This document shows, piece by piece, positions 16,553-24,743 of a stretch of 32,000 bases of DNA. The notes under the pieces were generated by a model. It searched no databases and was not told where the DNA came from. It saw nothing but the letters and a program-made list of their open reading frames with translations. Each line of letters starts with the position of its first letter. The first letter of the stretch is position 1. Source of the stretch: Megasphaera elsdenii DSM 20460 (GTDB lineage Bacteria; Bacillota; Negativicutes; Veillonellales; Megasphaeraceae); NCBI RefSeq assembly GCF_003010495.1, contig NZ_CP027570.1, positions 60,001 to 92,000 on the forward strand, read 5' to 3'. The translations under genes were made by a program, and so were the position numbers.

Positions 16553-18642
16553 GATTGTTCCTCATCAAAAGTAGCTACCTGCCACTGTCCCCGCCAGCGA
16601 TACAGCCGGATCTGACCGTCCCGGCCCGGAGTATAACAGGGCCTTCCATGAAATGCCGCCGTTTCGCCCCATTCCGTCAAGGCTTCATCGCCGCGGCGCG
16701 AAGCATAGACAATGGTCGCCATGGCCGATACGGGGAAATCCCGGCCATTCCAGCCCGCCAGGGACCGAAATTCCAGACACAACGGCCCGTCGGGAAAAGC
16801 CGACGACGCTGACGGCAGACAGCGAAAAGGCACGTCCTCCGCCCCTTGCTCCGGCAGGAAATCAAAATGGCGCCGCAGCAAGGCTAGCGTATAGCCTGCC
16901 CCGTCGCCATCGACACGACATTGGCGAAGACGAAAGACACCCTGAGCCCGCAAAGCCGGCGTCACGACGACAGCTGCCTGGTCGGGGTTGGCGAATCTCG
17001 ATTTATTATACCATATATCGGCCGATTTATCTTCATAAATGACCGCCGTCACCTGATCCCGGCCGGCATCGAGGACTAAGACTTCGGGCCCAGACAGCCG
17101 CAGGAACCATGCCGCTGCCAGACAAAGGGCCAGCCCGGAACCGATGCGCCTGCGAAAAGCCGGACAAAAGCCAAAAGCTACGACCAGATACCAGGCCAGC
17201 ACAGCCAAGACCGACGGCTGCCCGCCCCAGAAGCGGCTCCCCGGCAGGGCTGCGATGAAGGCGTTGCCCTTCAAAGCCAGAGCCAGCAAGGGCTTGATGA
17301 GCCACAACACCATATCGGCACCGACGCCCCACAAGAGGGACAGGACCGATGCCAAAAGCCCCAGGACCATGACCAGGTCCAAGGCCGGGGCTACCAGAAT
17401 ATTGGCAACCAGTGAATAGACTGGAAAGGAAAAGAAAGCCGAAAACAAGAGGGGCACGACTAAGATCTGCGCCGCCACGCAGACTGTCAGGCAATCCCGC
17501 AAAAAAGCAGGCAGTGCCGAAAGCCAGGCACTGACAGGACGCTGAAAGAGGATGATGCCGGCCGAGGCCCCGCAGGAAAGGCGAAAACTCAAATCAAAGA
17601 CCAGATAGGGACTGTAAATCAGCATAGCCGCCATGGCCAAAGCCAGGGCATGACCGGCCAAATACTCGCGCCGCACAGTCAGGCTCAAGGCACTAGCGGC
17701 ACCCATGAGAGAAGCCCGGACGACAGGCGACGAAAAATCCGAAAGCGCTCCGTACAGGAACAAAAAACTCACAGAAACCAGGCACAACCCGCGCGGGCGC
17801 AATCCCAGGGCGCGGCCCATGAGCTGGATGACAGCCAGCAACAATGCCACATGGGACCCGGACACGGAGAGGATGTGAATCAGTCCGGTCGTGCTGAACG
17901 ATTCCAGCAGGCCTGGCGGTAATTCATCGTAATGACCGCCGAAGAGCAGACTAGCAAGCACAGGCGCATAGGATTCGCCGAGGACAGCCTTATACCGCCC
18001 GGTCAGTGCCTGGCGCAAGGCCTGCAAAAAAGAGTCCCAGCGACCCAGTGGAGCCGTCACGGACACCTTTTTCCCATCATCGGCAAATAAACGCAGCCAA
18101 ATCGCCTTTTCCCGGTCGCGATGGAATGCATCATACATGCCGTCGTTCTTATAATATGTCAAAGGCCGGCTGTCGCCCGTGACGACGACTGTACTGCCCA
18201 GGATCTGCGGCTCAGGCAAAGTCACGTAGGCACAACCACTTCCCGGCTGTACGTCCTCTTCTCCGGCATAGGCATAGCGCCGGACTTGCATGACATACCT
18301 TCCGACAAGGCCCTTCTCCGTAGCATAAGTACTGCGCCGCTCTTGCAGCGTCCCTTCTACGGTCAACTTGGCCCCGACAGCCTGATGCGGCAGGGCTTCA
18401 TAACGATTCGCTTCCAGCTGGAGACGCCCCGCCCCCAAGACCAAAGCAACCAGAAACAGACAGACGGCTAGGACGACACGGCTTCGGGACCGGAAAAAGA
18501 AGATTCCCAACAGGGCCAGCCAAAAGATAAAAAGCCAAAGAATCAGGGGCAAAGTGAACGCATCGGCCAAGATCATCCCTGTCGCCAAGGCCAGGACCAG
18601 GGACAAGCTGACCCATTCAGGTTTAATGTTATGTCCCATCAT
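16531..18642 (-). CDS. comEC: DNA internalisation competence protein ComEC/Rec2
   Basis: It is a polytopic membrane protein with the competence-domain motif GLIHILSVSGSHVALLLAV. The start ATG 18642 overlaps the comEA TGA (ATGA); an alternative GTG lies at 18648. The C-terminal region lacks the metallo-beta-lactamase HxHxDH motif. Confidence 0.88.
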   Translation of the reverse strand: MMGHNIKPEWVSLSLVLALATGMILADAFTLPLILWLFIFWLALLGIFFFRSRSRVVLAVCLFLVALVLGAGRLQLEANRYEALPHQAVGAKLTVEGTLQERRSTYATEKGLVGRYVMQVRRYAYAGEEDVQPGSGCAYVTLPEPQILGSTVVVTGDSRPLTYYKNDGMYDAFHRDREKAIWLRLFADDGKKVSVTAPLGRWDSFLQALRQALTGRYKAVLGESYAPVLASLLFGGHYDELPPGLLESFSTTGLIHILSVSGSHVALLLAVIQLMGRALGLRPRGLCLVSVSFLFLYGALSDFSSPVVRASLMGAASALSLTVRREYLAGHALALAMAAMLIYSPYLVFDLSFRLSCGASAGIILFQRPVSAWLSALPAFLRDCLTVCVAAQILVVPLLFSAFFSFPVYSLVANILVAPALDLVMVLGLLASVLSLLWGVGADMVLWLIKPLLALALKGNAFIAALPGSRFWGGQPSVLAVLAWYLVVAFGFCPAFRRRIGSGLALCLAAAWFLRLSGPEVLVLDAGRDQVTAVIYEDKSADIWYNKSRFANPDQAAVVVTPALRAQGVFRLRQCRVDGDGAGYTLALLRRHFDFLPEQGAEDVPFRCLPSASSAFPDGPLCLEFRSLAGWNGRDFPVSAMATIVYASRRGDEALTEWGETAAFHGRPCYTPGRDGQIRLYRWRGQWQVATFDEEQSWNIRNI

Positions 18643-19163
18643 AAGCACACCTGGTCTTTCAGCTTGGCAAACTTCGCCGGGCCGATCCCTTTGACTTTCT
18701 GCAGCTCTTCGATACTGCCAAAAGAGCCATGTTCCTGACGATAAGCGATGATGTTGGCCGCCATAGCCGGTCCGATGCCAGGCAGCGCCGTAAGGGCCTT
18801 TTCATCGGCCCGGTTCAGAGATACCTTGCCGGCTTCTGCCGGATTTTCGGGAATCCCCTGGAAATCATAGGGCACGTGGATATGGGCACCGTCGTCAGCC
18901 CGGTCCGCTAAATTGACGGCTCTCGTATTGGCATAGGCGATCATGCCGCCAGCTGCTTCTACGGCTTCACCGGCCGTTTTTCCCGTTTCCAAGGCGTAGA
19001 GCCCGGGATTCTTGACAGCCCCCGTGACATAGACAAAGGCTTTTTCCGGCAGCGGTTCTTCCACAGCCGGCGGCGGCTCGCTAACAAGGGACTCAAAGAC
19101 AGGGGCAAACTGGAACAGGGCTACCCCCAATAAGACCAAAGCCAGGACTACCATTTTCTTCAT
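18639..19163 (-). CDS. comEA: Competence protein ComEA (DNA receptor, SLBB + helix-hairpin-helix)
   Basis: The C-terminal tandem HhH is LNRADEKALTALPGIGPAMAANIIAYRQEHGSFGSIEELQKVKGIGPAKFAKL. An N-terminal TM anchor is present. ATG 19163 has an AGGAG RBS 8 nt upstream; the ORF-track GTG is at 19172. Confidence 0.9.
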   Translation of the reverse strand: MKKMVVLALVLLGVALFQFAPVFESLVSEPPPAVEEPLPEKAFVYVTGAVKNPGLYALETGKTAGEAVEAAGGMIAYANTRAVNLADRADDGAHIHVPYDFQGIPENPAEAGKVSLNRADEKALTALPGIGPAMAANIIAYRQEHGSFGSIEELQKVKGIGPAKFAKLKDQVCL

Positions 19164-19175
19164 GCTTATCACTCC

Positions 19176-19275
19176 TATACATATAATTTATATATGTATA
19201 GTATGCCCCATTTTTCAGGTCTTCTTGGAAAATTTAATCGTCCTTTAATCGAATTGGGCAAAATTTAATCATTCT
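19176..19275 (-). promoter_or_regulatory. comEA upstream region: a perfect AT palindrome abutting the RBS (19176-19200) and three phased GATTAAA repeats (19227-19275) that include the shared 21-mer 19235-19255
   Basis: The palindrome is TATACATATA-ATTTA-TATATGTATA. The minus strand reads ATGATTAAATTTTGCCCAATTCGATTAAAGGACGATTAAATTTTCC, with repeat spacings of 20 and 11 nt. Confidence 0.45.
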
Positions 19276-19280
19276 CTCAT

Positions 19281-20732
19281 TTACCAGCTGCTCTTGGATT
19301 TCCAGAAACTCTTGCGCAGCATGACCAGGAGGGTGAAGATTTCCAGTCGTCCCAGGAGCATGGACAGGCAGAGGATGGATTTGGAGAAGACCGAGAGTTC
19401 GGCATAGGTACAGGTCGCGCCGGTGATGCCGAAGGCCGGTCCGATGCAGCCCATGGTGGAGACGCTGATGCCGATGGCGTCGAAGGCACCGATGCCGTCG
19501 AAGGTCAGCAGCAGGGCCCAGAGGGCGATGAACATGAGGTAGAGGAAGCAGAATTGGGCGACGCGGACGACCGTGTCGTCACCGATGCGGTGGCCGTTCA
19601 TGTTCAGGGCGACGACCTGGCGCGGATGGAGTTTGGCCTTGGCAGCCTGCCAGATGTAGCGCACCATAATGACGACGCGCGAGACTTTGAGGCCTGCCGC
19701 TGTTGATCCGGCACAGCCGCCGGAGATCATGAGCAAGAGCAGGATGCCTTTGGAGAAGGATGGCCAGCGGTCGTAGTCGGCCGAGACGAAGCCCGTCGTC
19801 GCGATGGACGCCGATTGGAACGACGAATAGCGCAAGGCTGTAGCAGCCGATACGTCAAAGCCATCCATGAGATTGATACCGATGAGGGCGGCCGCCACAG
19901 CGATGATCAGCAAATAGGCCTTAAATTCCGTATTGCGCCAGAGGACGTGCGCGCCTTTCTGCCAGGCTTGGTAATAGAGGCCGTAGTTGCCGCCGGTGAG
20001 GATCATGAAAAAGGTCATCCAGGCTTCGACGGCCGGGCTCTCGAAGTGAGCCGCACTGGCATTATACGTGGAAAAACCGCCGGCCGAGACCGTCGACAAG
20101 GCGTGGTTCAGAGCCCCGAGGAAGTCCATGCCGCAGAGGAAGAAGATGACGAAGGCCGTCGCCGTAAAGGCCATGTACATGCGAAACAGGACCTGGGTCA
20201 TGTCATGGAGCCTGGGCAGGACCCGTTCCCGCGTAGGCCCTGTCGATTCGGCATTGTACATGTAGACCGTCGACTGGCCCGCTTCCGGTAGCAGGGCGAT
20301 AAAGATGACGACGATACCCAGTCCGCCGAGCCAGTGGGTCAGGCTGCGCCAGAAAAGGAGGCTCTGCGGCAGGATCTCCAAATCGGGGATGACCGTCGCC
20401 CCGGTCCCGGTAAAGCCGGAGATGCTCTCGAACAGGCCGTCGAAATAGTTCAGGTAGCCGCCCAGGCAATAAGGCAGCATCCCCAAGAAGGTCGCCAGGA
20501 GCCAGCCCAGGCCGGTAATGGCGATGCCTTCGCGCATGGTCAGTTTTTTCGTCCGCACGTGGCCGTAACGCAGAAATCCCCAGCCCGCCAGGGCACAGGT
20601 CCCCATCGTGCCCAAAAAGGCCAGCCAGCTATCTTCGGCAAAGACCAGGGCCATCACCAGGGGCAGGGTCATGACGCCGGACTGGGCCCAGGCGATTCTT
20701 CCTAAAAATTGACAGATTACGTGTAAATCCAT
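19281..20732 (-). CDS. trkH: TrkH/KtrB-family potassium uptake membrane subunit
   Basis: It is a 483-aa polytopic protein with repeated pore-loop motifs (FTGTGATV, STVSAGGFST, ATTGFVSAD, STMGCIGPAFG) typical of Trk/Ktr/HKT transporters. The RBS is GAAGGGAAG. Confidence 0.88.
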   Translation of the reverse strand: MDLHVICQFLGRIAWAQSGVMTLPLVMALVFAEDSWLAFLGTMGTCALAGWGFLRYGHVRTKKLTMREGIAITGLGWLLATFLGMLPYCLGGYLNYFDGLFESISGFTGTGATVIPDLEILPQSLLFWRSLTHWLGGLGIVVIFIALLPEAGQSTVYMYNAESTGPTRERVLPRLHDMTQVLFRMYMAFTATAFVIFFLCGMDFLGALNHALSTVSAGGFSTYNASAAHFESPAVEAWMTFFMILTGGNYGLYYQAWQKGAHVLWRNTEFKAYLLIIAVAAALIGINLMDGFDVSAATALRYSSFQSASIATTGFVSADYDRWPSFSKGILLLLMISGGCAGSTAAGLKVSRVVIMVRYIWQAAKAKLHPRQVVALNMNGHRIGDDTVVRVAQFCFLYLMFIALWALLLTFDGIGAFDAIGISVSTMGCIGPAFGITGATCTYAELSVFSKSILCLSMLLGRLEIFTLLVMLRKSFWKSKSSW

Positions 20733-20764
20733 AAGCTTCCCTTCAAAAAAATAAAATCCTTTTT

Positions 20765-20773
20765 ATTATACCA
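20765..20773 (-). promoter_or_regulatory. Extended -10 promoter element (TGGTATAAT) for trkH
   Basis: The minus strand reads ATGGTATAAT about 30 nt upstream of the trkH ATG. Confidence 0.45.
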
Positions 20774-20877
20774 TGGCTGGCGAGAGAACCGCAAAAAAAC
20801 AATCATTCCATAGATTCTTGTATATATGTTATAATAAGAACTACTATTGAAATTAAAGACTTATCCTGTCAGAAAGG

Positions 20878-22173
20878 ATGACGCCCATGACTTATGACTA
20901 TACCCAAGATTTGTTGAAATTTATCCAGCGCAGCCCGTCGCCATACCATACGGTCCAGGCCAGCCGGACCTATCTCGATCAGGCCGGCTTCCAGGCCCTG
21001 GCCCTGTCCAAAACCTGGCACCTGGCCCCGAACAGCGCCTATTATGTACCCCTCTATGATTCGGGCCTGGTCGCCTTCCGCACGGGTTCCGATGTGCGCC
21101 GTCACCTGCGCCTCAGCGCGGCCCATACGGATTTCCCCTGTCTGCGCCTGAAATACCGGCCGGAACTGCGCCAGCACGGCTATCTCAAGCTGAACGCCGA
21201 AGTCTACGGCGGCCTGCTGCGCGAATCGTGGCTCGACCGCCCCTTGTCCCTGGCAGGTACCGTGGCCCTGCAAAGTAAGGATGCCTTCCGGCCGGAAGTC
21301 CGCCTCATCGACATCGGCCGGCCCGTCCTGACCATCCCCCGCCTGGCCATCCACATGAACCGCCAGGCCAACGACGGCGTCGCCCTCAATCCCCAGAAGG
21401 ACCTCCTGCCCGTCATGGGCCTCGATGACCAGGCCTTGACGAACCACTTCTTCCTGGATTTCCTGTCGGAAAAATGTCACTGCCTGCCGGAAGCCATCTT
21501 ATCGTATGACCTGACGGTCTATCCCTGTGAAACGGGCTGCTCCCTGGGCTGGCACGATGAATTTATCTCGTCGCCGCGGCTGGACAACCTGACGTCGGTC
21601 CTGGCCTGCCTGATGGGGCTGGTCAAGGAAGATAGGGCCGACGGCCTCAACGTGACGGCCCTCTTCGACAATGAAGAAGTCGGCAGCCAGACGAAACAGG
21701 GTGCGGACTCCCAGATCCTGCCGGGCATCCTGCGCCGCATCTACCACGCCTTCGGCTTCACCGACGACGACTTCTCGGCCGACCTGGGCCGGGCCTTCAT
21801 GCTCTCCGTCGACGTGGCCCACGCCATCCATCCCAACGTGCCGGAAAAATGCGACGTCACCAACCAGCCCGTCATGGGCCATGGCGTCGCCCTGAAGATT
21901 GCCAGCAGCCAGCGCTATGCCGGCGATGCCACAGCCGTGGCCGTCGTCAAGGCCTTGTGCCGGGAAAATGAAATTCCCTATCAGGTATTCATGAACCGGT
22001 CGGACATCCCCGGCGGCTCGACCCTGGGCTCGCTGCTCTCGGCCAATCTCCCCCTGCGGACCATGGATATCGGCATCCCCATTACGGCGATGCATTCCTG
22101 CCGGGAACTGATGGGCGCTGCTGACGAGGAAAGCCTGGTCCGCCTGATCCGCGCTTTTTTCGGCCATAAATAG
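20878..22173 (+). CDS. M18-family aminopeptidase (aspartyl aminopeptidase-like)
   Basis: TYDYTQDLLKFIQRSPSPYHTVQ and FDNEEVGS..., plus the C-terminal IPGGSTLG...GIPITAMHS, are typical of peptidase M18. The second ATG at 20887 has better RBS spacing (AAAGGA, 8 nt) and may be the true start. Confidence 0.88.
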   Translation: MTPMTYDYTQDLLKFIQRSPSPYHTVQASRTYLDQAGFQALALSKTWHLAPNSAYYVPLYDSGLVAFRTGSDVRRHLRLSAAHTDFPCLRLKYRPELRQHGYLKLNAEVYGGLLRESWLDRPLSLAGTVALQSKDAFRPEVRLIDIGRPVLTIPRLAIHMNRQANDGVALNPQKDLLPVMGLDDQALTNHFFLDFLSEKCHCLPEAILSYDLTVYPCETGCSLGWHDEFISSPRLDNLTSVLACLMGLVKEDRADGLNVTALFDNEEVGSQTKQGADSQILPGILRRIYHAFGFTDDDFSADLGRAFMLSVDVAHAIHPNVPEKCDVTNQPVMGHGVALKIASSQRYAGDATAVAVVKALCRENEIPYQVFMNRSDIPGGSTLGSLLSANLPLRTMDIGIPITAMHSCRELMGAADEESLVRLIRAFFGHK

Positions 22174-22230
22174 GTTTCCATCCCCCATGCTTCATAAATC
22201 TATTTGTTTTAAAAATGCGGTTTTATACGG

Positions 22231-22305
22231 TTGACGCTTTTGGCTATCCATATTATAATGACTAATGTATAGTACATTACGTTGTACACGGTACATGATA
22301 CTATA
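22231..22305 (+). promoter_or_regulatory. Strong sigma-A promoter (TTGACG-17-TATAAT, 22231-22259) followed by an operator-like repeat cluster upstream of the XRE regulator gene
   Basis: The imperfect inverted repeat is TATAGTACAT (22268-22277) / ATGATACTATA (22295-22305). Three GTACA(T) copies lie between the arms. Confidence 0.55.
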
Positions 22306-22359
22306 TCCCAAAAACCTTGCATAAAACAGAGATTTTGTATACAGAAAGAGTGAACGCGC

Positions 22360-22713
22360 ATGACTTTAGGACAAGAAATCAGGTATTATCGCAAAAAAAA
22401 GGGCTTAACCCAGACGGCTTTCGGTGCCCTCTTCGGCATGTCCAAACAGGCCGTCTATTCTTGGGAAACGGGCCTCTATTCGCCGGATATTTCCGTATTG
22501 CTGAAGATGGCAGACTTCTTCCAGATTCCCATCTGTATCCTCGTCGGCCGACCGGGTATGTACTGCAAAGGCAGTGAAGAACACGGCAATAACTGTGACT
22601 TCTGCGCTTCCATCACCGAAGACGACAGCCTCATCATCCGGGCTATCCACGCCTTACCGCCGGAAAAGCAGGAAGCCATCAAAACCTTATTGAATATCAA
22701 TGAGAAAAAATAA
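22360..22713 (+). CDS. XRE-family helix-turn-helix transcriptional regulator
   Basis: The HTH_3 pattern is LGQEIRYYRKKKGLTQTAFGALFGMSKQAVYSWETGLYSPDISVLLKMADFFQIPICILVG. Confidence 0.85.
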   Translation: MTLGQEIRYYRKKKGLTQTAFGALFGMSKQAVYSWETGLYSPDISVLLKMADFFQIPICILVGRPGMYCKGSEEHGNNCDFCASITEDDSLIIRAIHALPPEKQEAIKTLLNINEKK

Positions 22714-22728
22714 AGCATCACAAAAAGA

Positions 22729-22758
22729 GGCTGTCGCACATGCGACAGCCCTTTTTTT
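22729..22758 (+). terminator. Rho-independent terminator after the XRE gene
   Basis: The sequence is GGCTGTCGCA-CA-TGCGACAGCC followed by CTTTTTTT. Confidence 0.8.
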
Positions 22759-22840
22759 AGGGGTTAGTGGTTAGGGGATGCAGAAGCCTTCGTGCGACAG
22801 CCCCTACGAGCCACGAATCACTAGCCACGAGCCACGAATC
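22759..22840 (+). repeat. Mosaic repeat: TTAGTGG heptads (22763-22777), a CGACAGCCCCTACGA junction and a five-unit heptamer array (22803-22837)
   Basis: The array reads CCTACGA GCCACGA ATCACTA GCCACGA GCCACGA. It belongs to the same family as 5768-5823. Confidence 0.75.
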
Positions 22841-22878
22841 CATGGTATGATGATAAAAAAAGTAAAGGACGATGTGTT

Positions 22879-23514
22879 ATGGAATCTCTTATCCGCTCGG
22901 TCTATGGCCGGGCTGACGCTGAATATGTCATCAAGAAGTCCCGCTTCATCGCGACGGTCTGCGAAGTGAAGTCCGAAGATGAAGCATCTGCCTTCATCGA
23001 CGAAGTGAAAAAGAAATACTGGGATGCCCGCCACAACTGCTCGGCCTACCAGGTCGGACCGGGCGGCCGTTTCCAGCGGTCCAGCGATGACGGCGAACCG
23101 GCCGGCACGGCAGGACGGCCCATCCTGGAAGTCCTCAAGAAGCAGGGCCTGACCAATACGGCTATCGTCGTCACCCGTTACTTTGGCGGCATCAAGCTCG
23201 GTGCCAGTGGTCTCATCCGGGCTTACAGCCATACGGCCGCCCTGGGCCTGGAAGTCGCGGATATCGCCGTCTATACGCCGTTCACGATCCTCAAGGCGAC
23301 TGTCGCCTACCCCCTGGTCAGCACGATGGAACGCTTCGTCCCCGACCACGGCGGCACCATCACGGACCGCCAGTTCGCCGCTGACGTGACCTTCACCATG
23401 GAAGTCCCCCAGGACGAAGCCGCCCCCTTCGCCGCCGCCCTGACCGACACGACCAGCGGCCGCGTCACCTGCCAGAAAACCGGCACCCTCGTCAAGCCGG
23501 TGGTTAGTGGTTAA
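22879..23514 (+). CDS. yigZ: YigZ / IMPACT-family protein (UPF0029)
   Basis: KKSRFIATVCEVKSEDEASAFIDEVKKKYWDARHNCSAYQVG...SSDDGEPAGTAGRPILEVL...VVTRYFGGIKLG is a canonical YigZ N-terminal domain. Confidence 0.9.
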   Translation: MESLIRSVYGRADAEYVIKKSRFIATVCEVKSEDEASAFIDEVKKKYWDARHNCSAYQVGPGGRFQRSSDDGEPAGTAGRPILEVLKKQGLTNTAIVVTRYFGGIKLGASGLIRAYSHTAALGLEVADIAVYTPFTILKATVAYPLVSTMERFVPDHGGTITDRQFAADVTFTMEVPQDEAAPFAAALTDTTSGRVTCQKTGTLVKPVVSG

Positions 23515-23569
23515 GTGTTTCGTATGGGCGACCTAATGGCCCGCCGCGAACAGTTGGCGATATACAAAT

Positions 23570-23609
23570 GGGGCTGTCGCACGATGTTTTTTCCATCATG
23601 CGAGGCCCC
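23570..23609. terminator. Hairpin between the convergent yigZ and dehydrogenase genes (possible bidirectional terminator)
   Basis: The sequence is GGGGCTGTCGCACGATG-TTTTTTC-CATCATGCGAGGCCCC, with weak T-rich flanks on both strands. Confidence 0.5.
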
Positions 23610-23616
23610 GTTTATC

Positions 23617-24573
23617 CTACGCCTTATACCCGGTCATGAGGTCGACGATGTTTTCCAAGGGATCACCGGCCAGGTAGCGTTTGAGATTATCTGCGGCGAT
23701 GCGGACGATATAGTCGTGCGTCGCCTGGAGGTGATAGCCGCCGGAAATGTGCGGCGTAATGTAGATGCCTGGCGTCTTCCACAAGGGATCTGACGACGGC
23801 AGCGGTTCCGGGTCGGTCACATCCAAAGCAGCGCCGGCCAGATGGCCGGACACGACGGCATGGCGGAGGGCTTTCTGGTCGACGTTGGTCCCGCGGCCGA
23901 CGTTGACGAAGTACGCCCCTTTCTTCATAGCGCCAAAGCGCACCGCATCATAGAGGTGATACGTTTCCGGCGTATCGGGCAGGCACGAAGCGACAATGTC
24001 GGCCTGGGCCAGGTAATCGTTGAAATGGGCCATATCCCCCATTTCATCGGCTTCGGGCGGTACGGCTCCCTGACGGCGGCGCAGGCCGATGACGTGGGCC
24101 CCCATGGCCTTGACGCGCTGGCCGAAGTTACGGCCGATGTTGCCGAATCCGACGACGACGACGGTCGCGCCATAGAGAGACGTCACCGGCCCTTCATCGC
24201 GCCACAGGGCTTGATGCTGATTATCATAGTAGCGATAGAGTTTCTTCATCATCGCCAGTGTCTGGGCCAGCATGTGTTCCGACAACGCCAGGCCGTAGGC
24301 ACCGGTCGCATTGGTCAAGGTGACGCCAGCCTGCAGGATACCGGGCCGGCAGTATTCATTGGCACCGGCACTGTTGAGCTGGAGCCACTTCAACTGCGAC
24401 GCTTCTTTCACCAGGTCAGGAGCTATATTGCCAATGATGACATCTGCTTCTTCCAAGGCCTTGCCGGCCTGACTCCCATCACCGGGACAATAGCAAAAAT
24501 CCGCCTCCGGAGCGGCCATTTCCAGCCACTGTGTCTGTTTTGCATCGACATCCATGACAACTAAGATTTTCAA
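23617..24573 (-). CDS. D-isomer-specific 2-hydroxyacid dehydrogenase family protein (NAD-binding)
   Basis: The NAD-binding motif is VVGFGNIGRNFGQRVKAMGAHVIG. The catalytic region is VNVGRG...D...AALDV...EP...P...TPHISG. The likely start is TTG 24573 (AGGGAG RBS 7 nt upstream), giving MKILVV. The ORF-track GTG at 24582 overlaps that RBS. Confidence 0.88.
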   Translation of the reverse strand: MKILVVMDVDAKQTQWLEMAAPEADFCYCPGDGSQAGKALEEADVIIGNIAPDLVKEASQLKWLQLNSAGANEYCRPGILQAGVTLTNATGAYGLALSEHMLAQTLAMMKKLYRYYDNQHQALWRDEGPVTSLYGATVVVVGFGNIGRNFGQRVKAMGAHVIGLRRRQGAVPPEADEMGDMAHFNDYLAQADIVASCLPDTPETYHLYDAVRFGAMKKGAYFVNVGRGTNVDQKALRHAVVSGHLAGAALDVTDPEPLPSSDPLWKTPGIYITPHISGGYHLQATHDYIVRIAADNLKRYLAGDPLENIVDLMTGYKA

Positions 24574-24578
24574 ATGAA

Positions 24579-24743
24579 TCACTCCCTATTGCTTTTTTCT
24601 TTCGCGGCAATTTCCTTTACCGTTTTCAGCGGGCATTGGGCAACGTGTGCGATGAATTCATAGGTCACGTCCTCTTTCAAGAGGTTCCGCACAACCTGTT
24701 CGATACTGCACCGGTTTCCGTCCGCATCGACGAATGGGCCCAT
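24579..24743 (-). CDS. Small hypothetical protein (54 aa) directly upstream of the dehydrogenase gene
   Basis: ATG 24743 has a perfect AGGAGG RBS 8 nt upstream. The product is MGPFVDADGNRCSIEQVVRNLLKEDVTYEFIAHVAQCPLKTVKEIAAKEKSNRE. Its second half resembles the C-terminal module of the Rpn-type protein at 28240-29223. Confidence 0.5.
   Translation of the reverse strand: MGPFVDADGNRCSIEQVVRNLLKEDVTYEFIAHVAQCPLKTVKEIAAKEKSNRE

Noticed and set aside
20869-22188. Minus-strand ORFs of 203 and 229 aa (also 25250-26197 opposite the permease, and 3156-4061 and 4350-5081 opposite crt/hbd)
   Set aside because: These are shadow ORFs opposite strongly supported genes, and their translations are low-complexity.
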